From NCBI GenBank assembly GCA_051867915.1, contig JBJDZJ010000105.1, positions 1 to 50,447 of the forward strand: a DNA stretch of 50,447 nt, written 5' to 3'. Position numbers and translations under genes: made by a program. How positions within the stretch are numbered: the first letter of the stretch is position 1; each line of letters starts with the position of its first letter. Shown here in pieces: positions 41,967 through 50,447 of the stretch. The notes under the pieces were generated by a model, which was given only the letters and a program-made list of their open reading frames with translations, was not told where the DNA came from and did no database searches. The DNA is from Eubacteriales bacterium. Its GTDB lineage: Bacteria; Bacillota; Clostridia; Oscillospirales; CAG-272.

Positions 41967-42968
41967 ATGAATCCATCCGGTATGAAAAAGACGGTCCCCT
42001 TATATCTGGCTCCCATGGCAGGATTTACCGATCATGCTTTTCGTCTGATCTGTCGCCGATTCGGCGCCGATTTCTTTGTCAGTGAAATGATCTCGGCAAA
42101 AGCACTCCATTACAGGGATGAAAAAACGGCGACGCTGGCGAGAATCACCTCTGACGAGGGTCCCACCGCCATCCAGATCTTCGGTTCGGATCCCGATATA
42201 ATGGCAGAGGCGGCAAGGATGCTGTCCGAGGGAAGCTATCACGGATGCCGATCGGATGTGCCGCCGTCCGCCATTGATGTGAACATGGGTTGCCCCATGA
42301 AAAAGATTGTGTCCAACGGCGAGGGATCGGCGCTGATGAAGGATCCCGACAAAATCTATGCCATCGTCAGAGCCATGACCGCCGCCACGCCTCTGCCCGT
42401 CACCGTCAAAATGCGGACAGGATGGGACGCCGACCACAGAAACGCCGTGGAATGCGCCCTTGCCGCCAAAGAGGGGGGCGCAAAGGGAATTGCCGTCCAC
42501 GGACGCACAAAAGAGCAGCTGTATGCGCCTCCGGTGGATCCGGATACCATTGCCGCCGTCAAGCGGGCGGTGGGCGATACGCCCGTCATCGCCAACGGCG
42601 GAATCACCGGTGCGGACGACGCCGTTCGGATGTTGGAACTCACCGGGTGCGACGGTCTGATGATCGGCCAGGCGGCCATCGGTAATCCGTGGGTGTTCCG
42701 GGAGATTCGGTGCGCCCTGTCGGGACGGTCCTGCCCGCCGCCCGATCTTTCCGAGCGCATCGCCGTCGCCAAGGATCATCTGACCCTCCTTGCCGCAGAT
42801 AAGGGCGAGTATACCGCCGTCCGGGAGGGCAGACCCCATCTCGCCCGATATGCCAAAGGGCTGAGGGGAGGCGCCCGCTTCCGTGAACGGATCAACCGTG
42901 CCGAAAGCCTGTCCGAGCTTTTTTCTCAGTTGGACGGGCTGGCAGACGGGACGGCAGAAAATTCATAA
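41967..42968 (+). CDS. dusB: tRNA-dihydrouridine synthase B
   Basis: LAPMAGFTD, QIFGSDP, IDVNMGCP, VTVKMRTG, VHGRT and ANGGI motifs. Confidence 0.93.
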   Translation: MNPSGMKKTVPLYLAPMAGFTDHAFRLICRRFGADFFVSEMISAKALHYRDEKTATLARITSDEGPTAIQIFGSDPDIMAEAARMLSEGSYHGCRSDVPPSAIDVNMGCPMKKIVSNGEGSALMKDPDKIYAIVRAMTAATPLPVTVKMRTGWDADHRNAVECALAAKEGGAKGIAVHGRTKEQLYAPPVDPDTIAAVKRAVGDTPVIANGGITGADDAVRMLELTGCDGLMIGQAAIGNPWVFREIRCALSGRSCPPPDLSERIAVAKDHLTLLAADKGEYTAVREGRPHLARYAKGLRGGARFRERINRAESLSELFSQLDGLADGTAENS

Positions 42969-43089
42969 CTCCATCGGCGGCGAGTGACTCTGCCGCCGTC
43001 AGAATTCAAAGGCGGAGTCCGCAAATCCTCTGCAATTCAGACGGCAGGGCGGACAGCCAATCAAATTTTTCCCCGGAAAGGAACTGATT

Positions 43090-44526
43090 ATGAAAAAATC
43101 CGGTATTCTGATGCACATTTCCTCCCTGCCGGGAGAGTATGGCTGCGGGTCCTTCGGAATCCCCGCCTATCATTTTATCGACCTGCTGGCAGACTGCGGT
43201 TTCAGCATCTGGCAGACCCTGCCTTTCGGCTGGTGCGACGAGTACGGCTCTCCCTATAAGGCCATCTCCGCCTTTGCCGGCAATCCCTACTTCATCGACC
43301 TGCCCACCCTTTATCACGACGGACTGCTGACCCGGGAGGAGCTGGACTCTGCCCGTCAGAGTTCACCCTATCTCTGCGAGTTCAAACGGCTTGCCGACCG
43401 GCGTCTTCCCCTGCTTGAGAGGGCATCCGTTCGGGTAGGGGCGAAAGATCGGGCAAAAATCGAGGAATTCATCGAGAATCACCCCCATCTGTCCGATTTC
43501 TGCACTTTTATGGCAAAACGGCAGGCAAACGGCGGCGCCGACTGGCAGAAATTCGACCCTGCCACAGAGGCCGATCCCGAAGTGCTGTTTTTGCATAAGT
43601 TCATTCAGGCGGTCTTCTGCCATCAGTGGATGAAGGTCAAAGCCTATGCCAATTCCAGAGGCATCGAAATCATCGGTGATGTGCCCATCTATCTGGATCT
43701 TTGCAGCAGCGATGTTTACGCAAATCCCGATCAGTTTCTGCTAAATTCCGACGGCTATCCCACGCAGATAGCCGGAGTCCCGCCCGACTATTTTTCACCC
43801 GACGGTCAGCTGTGGGGCAATCCCCTGTACAACTGGAAGAGGATGAAGGAGGACGGATACCGCTGGTGGCTGGATCGGATGGACTGGCTTCTGACCCTGT
43901 TTGATGGGGTTCGCATCGACCATTTCCGTGCCTTTTCCGCCTACTGGTCGGTTCCCGCCGACTCAGACACCGCCAAAGCGGGCAAATGGGTGAAAGGTCC
44001 CGGACTAGCCTTTGTGAAGCTCCTGAAAAAAGCGGCGGGAGATCGGTTGATCATCGCCGAAGATCTGGGCGACATCGACGAGGGCGTGGTCAAACTGCTG
44101 GCTCAATCGGGACTGCCCGGCATGCGGGTCTTCCAGTTTGCCTTCCTGTCCGAGGACAGCATTCATATGCCCCACCGTTATCCCGAAAACTGCGTGGCCT
44201 ATTCGGGAACCCATGACAATAACACCCTGCTGGGCTATCTGTGGGAGTCGGATGAAGGAACCCGCAGACGGATGATGGACTACATCGGCTATCCCGCATG
44301 GGATTGGCAGAACGCTGTAAGACCCATCCTGTCCACCCTGCTGCGATCTCCGGCGGATCGGGTGATCTTCCCGATTCAGGACATTTTGGGCTACGGCGCC
44401 GATACCCGTATGAATACTCCCGGTCGTCCCGAAGGAAACTGGGCGTTCCGTCTGACCGAGGAACAGCTTAACGGCATTGATCGGGGCTATTGGAATTACC
44501 TCAACCGCCTGTTCGGTCGGAGATGA
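43090..44526 (+). CDS. malQ: 4-alpha-glucanotransferase (GH77)
   Basis: GILMHISSLP, IIGDVPIY, GVPPDYFS.DGQLWGNP, RIDHFR, AEDLG and GTHDN motifs. Confidence 0.96.
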   Translation: MKKSGILMHISSLPGEYGCGSFGIPAYHFIDLLADCGFSIWQTLPFGWCDEYGSPYKAISAFAGNPYFIDLPTLYHDGLLTREELDSARQSSPYLCEFKRLADRRLPLLERASVRVGAKDRAKIEEFIENHPHLSDFCTFMAKRQANGGADWQKFDPATEADPEVLFLHKFIQAVFCHQWMKVKAYANSRGIEIIGDVPIYLDLCSSDVYANPDQFLLNSDGYPTQIAGVPPDYFSPDGQLWGNPLYNWKRMKEDGYRWWLDRMDWLLTLFDGVRIDHFRAFSAYWSVPADSDTAKAGKWVKGPGLAFVKLLKKAAGDRLIIAEDLGDIDEGVVKLLAQSGLPGMRVFQFAFLSEDSIHMPHRYPENCVAYSGTHDNNTLLGYLWESDEGTRRRMMDYIGYPAWDWQNAVRPILSTLLRSPADRVIFPIQDILGYGADTRMNTPGRPEGNWAFRLTEEQLNGIDRGYWNYLNRLFGRR

Positions 44527-44561
44527 TATGCTTTCTTTTCGTGAAGAAAGTCGGAAAACAA

Positions 44562-44605
44562 ATATAATCCAATTTCCCGGCGAATGCCGGGAAATTGGAT
44601 TATAT
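44562..44605. repeat. Dispersed palindrome copy 2
   Basis: ATATAATCCAATTTCCCGGC-gaat-GCCGGGAAATTGGATTATAT, perfect 20-bp arms. Confidence 0.85.
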
Positions 44606-44782
44606 CAACATAACGGCAAGAATACACCGTCGCTGATACCGACCTACGGCAGGGTGGCTTTCCGGGAAAATCCGCGTATCCGAAAAAAATTGGAAATTTT
44701 TTGAAAAAACTTTCGAAAAAGTGCGTTTTTTTGTACAGAAAATCTGATATATATAATGGTAGGAAAAGGAGGAACGCAAACG

Positions 44783-47176
44783 ATGGAGAAAATTGCACAC
44801 ATAAGGTATGCCGAAAACGGCGAGGCGATCATTCAGACGCTTTCGGAACACTTACACAACACAGCCAACTATGCTGCCATGAATCTGTCGTCTGTGGGAC
44901 TGTTCCAAACCGGGCGTCTGGGAGGGCTCCTGCACGATGTCGGAAAGGGAACTCATAAATTTGAAGCCTATATCACTGCGGCGGCTAAGGGTGAGAATGT
45001 GAGCCGCGGGAGCGTCAATCACACTTTTGCGGGGGTCATTCTTCTGTACGATACAGTTCAACCGAAAAACGCCTTCGAAAAGCTGACGCTGGAACTGGTT
45101 GCCTGCGCCATCGGTTCCCATCACGGACTTTTTGACTGCATTGATCCAAACGGCAACAGCGGATTTGACCACAGAATCGAAGCAAACAGGGACGAAATTG
45201 CCTACGAAGAGGCAAAAAGCAACTTCTTTGCGGAATGTGCGTCAAGGGAGGAGATTCTCGATCTTTTTACTGCGGCAGTCGCAGAAGTGGCGGAATATGT
45301 GAAAAGGATTCGTTCCTATACAAATACCAAGAGTGAAATCAGCTTCGCCTTCGGCGCCCTCGAACGGTTGATGCAATCTGCCCTTATGGATGCCGATCGA
45401 CGGGACACGGCGGAGTTTTACGGAGCCGATCGGAGGGAAGAAACGGCAGGGCAGTGGACGGCGCCCCTTGAAGCCCTTGAAAATCGGCTACGGCAATATT
45501 GTGCCGACAGTCCGATCAACATCGCCAGATCCGCCATCTCCGATTTATGTCGGGATGCGGCATACATAAACGATCACGGCATCTACCGTCTCAATGTGCC
45601 GACGGGTGCCGGGAAAACCCTGTCCGCCCTTCGATTTGCACTGACGAATGCCGAAAAATTCGGGAAACGGCATATTTTCTACATAGCGCCTCTTCTGACG
45701 GTTCTGGAGCAGAACGCCGATGCCATTCGGGAAGCGGTGGGAGATCCTTCGTTGGTACTGGAGCATCATTCCAACATCGTGAAGACCGATATGCAGCAGG
45801 AACTGTGCGATCGGTACGAGCTGCTGACCGAAAGCTGGGATGCTCCCATCATCGTCACCACGCTGGTTCAGTTTCTGAATACGCTGTTTTCCGGAAAGAC
45901 ATCCTCCGTTCGTCGGATGCACACCCTTGCAAACAGCGTCATCGTTATGGACGAGATTCAGTCCCTTCCTCATAAAACGGTGGAGGTCACCAATCTGATG
46001 CTGAATTTTCTTGCTTACAGCACCGGTGCCACCGTCGTTCTCTGCTCGGCAACCCAGCCCTGTCTGGAGAAAATCAACCATCCGCTGATTCTCAGCCCAA
46101 ATCCCGATCTTGTCCCCTATCGAAGGGAACTTTGGGCTCCCTTTGACCGTGTGAAAACGGTCAATCTGTGTCGGAAGGGAAGAGGGTATTCCGCCGCCGA
46201 CACGGCAGATCTTGTATGTGAAAAAATCCGGGGATGTGACAGTGTTCTGCTGATCTGCAACACGAAACGGACGGCATTCCTGATATTTACCCTGCTACAA
46301 AAGCGAAGCCAAGGGGATGTACCCTTCCGGCTGCTTCATCTCTCCGCTTCCATGTGCCAGAAGCATCGGCGCAAGGTGCTATCGGAGATCGGGAAACCGC
46401 CCCGATCGGAGCGACTGGTCTGCGTTACCACCCAACTTGTGGAGGCGGGTGTGGATCTGTCCTTTGCCTGCGTCATCCGGATGCTGGCAGGAGTGGACAA
46501 TATAGCTCAGGCGGCAGGACGGTGCAACAGAAGTAACGAATACGGAAAAATTTGCGAAGTCGATCTCATCAATGTCGCTCCAGATATTGAGAATCTGAAT
46601 CATCTGGCGGAAATCAGAGAGGCAAAAAATGCAGCAGAGATCGTTTTGGACAAGTTTGGAACGAATGAAACAACGGGTACCGTCGATCTGCTCTGCGATG
46701 ATGCGGTTCAGACCTATTACCGGAATTTTTTTCTGAATGTGAATACCGATTATCCGGTTCCCAGACTACACACCAACCTGTTCGATCTGCTTTCCGTTAA
46801 TCAAGTATTCGGTTCCTATCGGAAAGAGAATTCAAACAGCCAGACCCTACGGCAGGCCTTCAAAAGTGCGGGCGAGAGTTTTGGCGTTTTTGAGGAAAGC
46901 ACCACGAGCGTCATTGTTCCCTATGATGATGAAGCAAAGACTTTGATCGGCGACCTCTTTTCGAAGCGGGCGGAGAAGGATCTTGGATATGTCAGGCAGA
47001 TTCTTACCCGTGTCAAACCCTATACCGTTTCGGTATACGATGGAATGCTTCGGATGCTGAGAGATCGGGGACTTGTTTACGGGGATGAAATCGTCGTACT
47101 TGCCGAAGGAGTATACGATCCCGAGGTGGGACTTTGCCTTCAGAGGGACACCGATATGGGACTGCTGGAAATGTAA
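44783..47176 (+). CDS. cas3: CRISPR-associated helicase/nuclease Cas3 (type I-C)
   Basis: HD domain (EHL, LLHDVGK, SHHG, DADRRD); Walker A PTGAGKT, EHHS, DEIQ, SATQP, QAAGRCNR; AGGAGG RBS. Confidence 0.96.
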   Translation: MEKIAHIRYAENGEAIIQTLSEHLHNTANYAAMNLSSVGLFQTGRLGGLLHDVGKGTHKFEAYITAAAKGENVSRGSVNHTFAGVILLYDTVQPKNAFEKLTLELVACAIGSHHGLFDCIDPNGNSGFDHRIEANRDEIAYEEAKSNFFAECASREEILDLFTAAVAEVAEYVKRIRSYTNTKSEISFAFGALERLMQSALMDADRRDTAEFYGADRREETAGQWTAPLEALENRLRQYCADSPINIARSAISDLCRDAAYINDHGIYRLNVPTGAGKTLSALRFALTNAEKFGKRHIFYIAPLLTVLEQNADAIREAVGDPSLVLEHHSNIVKTDMQQELCDRYELLTESWDAPIIVTTLVQFLNTLFSGKTSSVRRMHTLANSVIVMDEIQSLPHKTVEVTNLMLNFLAYSTGATVVLCSATQPCLEKINHPLILSPNPDLVPYRRELWAPFDRVKTVNLCRKGRGYSAADTADLVCEKIRGCDSVLLICNTKRTAFLIFTLLQKRSQGDVPFRLLHLSASMCQKHRRKVLSEIGKPPRSERLVCVTTQLVEAGVDLSFACVIRMLAGVDNIAQAAGRCNRSNEYGKICEVDLINVAPDIENLNHLAEIREAKNAAEIVLDKFGTNETTGTVDLLCDDAVQTYYRNFFLNVNTDYPVPRLHTNLFDLLSVNQVFGSYRKENSNSQTLRQAFKSAGESFGVFEESTTSVIVPYDDEAKTLIGDLFSKRAEKDLGYVRQILTRVKPYTVSVYDGMLRMLRDRGLVYGDEIVVLAEGVYDPEVGLCLQRDTDMGLLEM

Positions 47177-47209
47177 AAACTGAAAATCAAAAAAGAAAGG
47201 AAGGATATT

Positions 47210-47935
47210 ATGCACAAAAACACCGTGGAATTTGAGGTTTCCGGCGATTACGCCCTTTTTTCCGATCCGATCACCCGGGTCGGGGGAGAAAAATGTAGCT
47301 ATCAGATTCCGACCTACGAGGCGATCAAGGGAATTCTGCATTCGGTTTACTGGAAGCCTACCATCATCTGGATCATTGACGCCGTTCGGGTCATGAATCC
47401 CATCCAGACCGAGACCAAAGGAATCCGCCCCATTAAACTCAGTGGAGGAAATGACCTCTCTTACTACACCTATCTTAAGGACTGTCGATATAAGGTTCGT
47501 GCCCATTTCGTCTGGAATGAGAACCGTCCCGAATTGGCAGAGGATCGCAATGAGAACAAGCATCACAACATCGCCAAGCGGATGATCGAAAAGGGTGGAA
47601 GACGGGATGTTTTTCTCGGAACAAGAGAATGTCAGGGTTATGTCACTCCATGCGTATTCGAGGAAGGTAAAGGATATTATGACGATATCCCCGAGCTTGC
47701 CTTCGGATTGATGCTTCATGGCATCACCTATCCGGACGAGGCGTATTCGGAGGAAACCCGTGGAAAGATGACCGTTCGGTTCTGGCGTCCGGTGATGAAG
47801 AACGGTGTGATCGAATTTTTACCCCCGCAGGACTGTCCCGTTGTCCGTACTGTACGGGACGGGATGGAGATGAAGCCTTTCGGCAAAGAAAGGAAAAATT
47901 TTACAGGACTTTCCGAATTTGAGGAGGTGGAGTAA
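47210..47935 (+). CDS. cas5: Type I-C Cas5 (Cas5c/Cas5d)
   Basis: GDYALFSDP, SYQIPTYEAIKGI, YWKP, FLGTREC and FGLMLHG motifs. Confidence 0.96.
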   Translation: MHKNTVEFEVSGDYALFSDPITRVGGEKCSYQIPTYEAIKGILHSVYWKPTIIWIIDAVRVMNPIQTETKGIRPIKLSGGNDLSYYTYLKDCRYKVRAHFVWNENRPELAEDRNENKHHNIAKRMIEKGGRRDVFLGTRECQGYVTPCVFEEGKGYYDDIPELAFGLMLHGITYPDEAYSEETRGKMTVRFWRPVMKNGVIEFLPPQDCPVVRTVRDGMEMKPFGKERKNFTGLSEFEEVE

Positions 47936-47936
47936 C

Positions 47937-49871
47937 TTGGGCTGGATGCAGAAGTGTATTGAAACCTACGACAACAACCGTCATATGATCGGGCGGGAGG
48001 TCGAGGGGAAAGCGACCCTGGCTCCGGTGTATTTCATGTCTGCCAAGGCGCAGATTGAGATCACCCTGACGCCGGACGGGAACTTCGTTTCGGCAACGGA
48101 GATTCCCAAGGACGAGCAGGACACCCTGATACCCGTAACCGAAAAATCGGCACAGCGTGCAGGCAAAGTCGTTGAGCCACATCCCCTGTGTGACCAGCTT
48201 TCCTATATTGCCTTCGGTGATCCCAATGGTATTGGTTTGGATGAATACAAAGACAAATTCGACAGTTATATCAATCTACTCGGAAAATGGGCGAACTCCC
48301 AACATTCACATTTTATCGTTCGGGCGGTATACGCTTACATCATGGGCGGAAGCTGTGTAGACGATCTCCGTACTGTCGGACTGTTGAAATGCGATGAAAA
48401 CGGAATCCCCCAAAAGGGAAAAATCGCCGGGTACGATTATGAGAAGTGCTTGGTTCGCTGGCAGGTGCAAAAGGACGGGGAAATCGGCAAGTCCTGGCTT
48501 AATCGGGAACTTGCAGACTGTTATTTCAGGTTTTATATCGATCTTGCCGTTGAGAAGGCGGGGGAGGATGCAAAGGATGTCTGCTACATTGCGGGGGATA
48601 CCGTACCGATAGCGGAAGGCTTTCCCAAGGGCATCAGCAAGTTTGCCAACGGCGCCAAGCTTCTTTCCGCCAATGACAGTCAGGGATTTACCTATCGGGG
48701 ACGGTTTCAAAGTCCCGAGGAGGCCTTTCGGGTGGGATCGGAAGCCTCCCAGAAAGCCCACGCCGCCCTGACCTGGCTGGCTGCCAATCAGGGTAGGTCC
48801 TACGGAGGCAGAACCTTCGTTTGCTGGAATCCGGTGGGCAAGCCGGTTCCCGCTTTTGACGAAGGATTCGACGAGCTGTTCGTCGGTGCCGAAGACGAGG
48901 AAGAAACGCACGCTCTGACCATGCCGGCATATGCCGACCGTCTGCAAAAGGCCATTTCCGGATATCGGCAGGAACTTGGGGACCGTTCCGACATTGTGCT
49001 TCTGGCTATGGAAGCCGCCACCACCGGTCGGATGTCCATCACCTACTACAACGAGCTTGCCTCTTCCGACTATCTGAAGAGGCTGGAAAGCTGGCAGAGG
49101 GAATGCGTATGGTATGAACGCATTTTCAAGAAGGGCGAGCCGCCGAGTGAGCGTCTGCGTTCGCCGTCAATACGGGATATTGTGAACTTCTGCTTCGGAA
49201 CCCAGCAGGGCGACTTTGTAAAAGCGGATGACAAACTGCAGAAGGAACATTCACAGCGGATTCTGCACTGCATTGTGGATGCCTCCCCGATTCCGGGGGA
49301 CCTGATTCGTTCGGTTGTCCGGAAGGCGTCCATGCGGTCGGCATACAGCTCTTACAATTATGAAAAGCTGTTGTTCGTTGCCTGTGCGATGATCCGGAAA
49401 TACCGGAACGATCGGAATAAAATCAATCAAAATCAAGGAAAAGAGGAATGGTCTATGGAACTGGATCCCAAAAACACCAATCGAAGCTACCTTTTCGGCA
49501 GACTGCTGGCAGTGGCGGAAAAGGTTGAACGCTCCACCTATTCACGGGACGAGACAGCCCGTGAACCCAATGCCATCCGCCTGCAGTCTGCCTTTGCGGC
49601 GCATCCCATGCGCACATGGGCGACCATCGAAAAGGCGCTTGTACCCTATTATGCGAAGATGAAACCCGGCTCCCGGAAATATTATAAGGATCTCACCGGG
49701 GAGATTGTCGCTCTCTTCCGTGAGGATGATTTCACAAAGACATCCCCTCTGGATGATACCTACTTGCTGGGATACTATCTCCAGCGCAGGGAACTGTACC
49801 GTTACACCGCAGACAACCGTCAGGAAGATCAGAATAATCAAGAAAATACTGAAAATATGGAGGAAAACTGA
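47937..49871 (+). CDS. cas8c: Type I-C large subunit Cas8c (Csd1)
   Basis: PHPLCDQLSY, AKLLSAND, SQKAHAAL.WL, AATTGR and SYLFGRLLA motifs; TTG start after GGAGG. Confidence 0.95.
   Translation: MGWMQKCIETYDNNRHMIGREVEGKATLAPVYFMSAKAQIEITLTPDGNFVSATEIPKDEQDTLIPVTEKSAQRAGKVVEPHPLCDQLSYIAFGDPNGIGLDEYKDKFDSYINLLGKWANSQHSHFIVRAVYAYIMGGSCVDDLRTVGLLKCDENGIPQKGKIAGYDYEKCLVRWQVQKDGEIGKSWLNRELADCYFRFYIDLAVEKAGEDAKDVCYIAGDTVPIAEGFPKGISKFANGAKLLSANDSQGFTYRGRFQSPEEAFRVGSEASQKAHAALTWLAANQGRSYGGRTFVCWNPVGKPVPAFDEGFDELFVGAEDEEETHALTMPAYADRLQKAISGYRQELGDRSDIVLLAMEAATTGRMSITYYNELASSDYLKRLESWQRECVWYERIFKKGEPPSERLRSPSIRDIVNFCFGTQQGDFVKADDKLQKEHSQRILHCIVDASPIPGDLIRSVVRKASMRSAYSSYNYEKLLFVACAMIRKYRNDRNKINQNQGKEEWSMELDPKNTNRSYLFGRLLAVAEKVERSTYSRDETAREPNAIRLQSAFAAHPMRTWATIEKALVPYYAKMKPGSRKYYKDLTGEIVALFREDDFTKTSPLDDTYLLGYYLQRRELYRYTADNRQEDQNNQENTENMEEN
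49455..49871 (+). CDS. cas11c: Probable internally translated small subunit Cas11c
   Basis: In-frame ATG (MELDPKNTNRSYLFGRLLA) preceded by GGAAAAGAGGAA, after a low-complexity linker. Confidence 0.7.
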   Translation: MELDPKNTNRSYLFGRLLAVAEKVERSTYSRDETAREPNAIRLQSAFAAHPMRTWATIEKALVPYYAKMKPGSRKYYKDLTGEIVALFREDDFTKTSPLDDTYLLGYYLQRRELYRYTADNRQEDQNNQENTENMEEN

Positions 49872-49872
49872 A

Positions 49873-50447
49873 ATGGCTATCACAAGAAAGATTGATTTTG
49901 AACTGTTCGTTAGTGCGCAGAACGCAAACCCCAACGGCGACCCTCTGGACGGTAACCGTCCCCGGGTCAATTACGGCGGGTACGGAGAAATCTCCGATGT
50001 CTGCATCAAGAGAAAGATCCGCAACCGGATGCAGGATCTGGGTCAGTGCATCTTTGTCCAGTCGGACGACCGCAGCGACGACGGGTGCAAGTCCCTGTCG
50101 GAGCGGGCATCCCAAAACATCAAGTCCAAGGATCGGGACGAGTATGCCGCAATGGCATGCGAAAAATGGCTGGATGTCCGTGCTTTCGGTCAGGTGTTTG
50201 CCTTCAAAGCCGATAAGAACGGCGTTTCGGTGGGCGTCCGGGGACCGGTTTCCATCCATCAGGCTGTCAGCTGTTCGCCGGTGGACATCCAGTCCATTCA
50301 GATCACCAAGAGCGTCAACAGTGAGCCTTCGGAAAAGAAATCCTCCGATACCATGGGAATGAAGCACAGAGTGGGATTCGGACTGTATGTTGTCAAGGGC
50401 TCGGTCAATGTCCAGCTTGCAGAGAAGACCGGATTTTCCGATGAGGA
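49873..50447 (+). CDS. cas7: Type I-C Cas7 (Csd2), 3' truncated by window edge
   Basis: Own translation: MAITRKIDF..NANPNGDPLDGNRPR..SDVCIKRKIRN..DVRAFGQVF..SVGVRGPVS; absent from the ORF track because no stop lies in the window. Confidence 0.96.
   Translation, partial: MAITRKIDFELFVSAQNANPNGDPLDGNRPRVNYGGYGEISDVCIKRKIRNRMQDLGQCIFVQSDDRSDDGCKSLSERASQNIKSKDRDEYAAMACEKWLDVRAFGQVFAFKADKNGVSVGVRGPVSIHQAVSCSPVDIQSIQITKSVNSEPSEKKSSDTMGMKHRVGFGLYVVKGSVNVQLAEKTGFSDE

Noticed and set aside
44606-44700. Candidate CRISPR-like regulatory RNA upstream of cas3 (GTCGCT...)
   Set aside because: No pair of degenerate repeats recognisable; cannot be tested without the cognate repeat
49892-50362. 156-aa ORF in the track downstream of cas8c
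   Set aside because: Wrong frame; the real gene is cas7 starting at 49873 and running off the window

Overview
Chromosomal window from an anaerobic Bacillota (Clostridia-like, probably spore-forming) bacterium, judged from gene content, sigmaA promoters and a T-box. It is mostly housekeeping and carbohydrate genes: Fe-ADH, NUDIX, flippase, CDF, GH92, T-box-pheS-(YgjV-like)-pheT, RNA methyltransferases, GH2 lipoprotein, DUF4965 enzyme, rubrerythrin, CPA2 antiporter, RNase P RNA, dusB and malQ. It ends in the first half of a type I-C CRISPR-Cas operon (cas3, cas5, cas8c with a probable internal cas11c, truncated cas7); no CRISPR array is visible. The most unusual elements are: (1) a WYL regulator followed by a cluster of operator-like TACCG motifs, a -35-less promoter, a structured leader and a tiny EF-hand-like, very acidic protein; (2) a kinase-like/MATE/MATE cassette behind a leader with two uORF-overlapped terminators; (3) a YgjV-like membrane gene inside the Phe T-box operon; (4) a dispersed palindrome, one copy of which borders the cas locus; (5) PhoP-like and sigmaK-like promoters. 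All functional assignments come from motif recognition by eye, with no database search.
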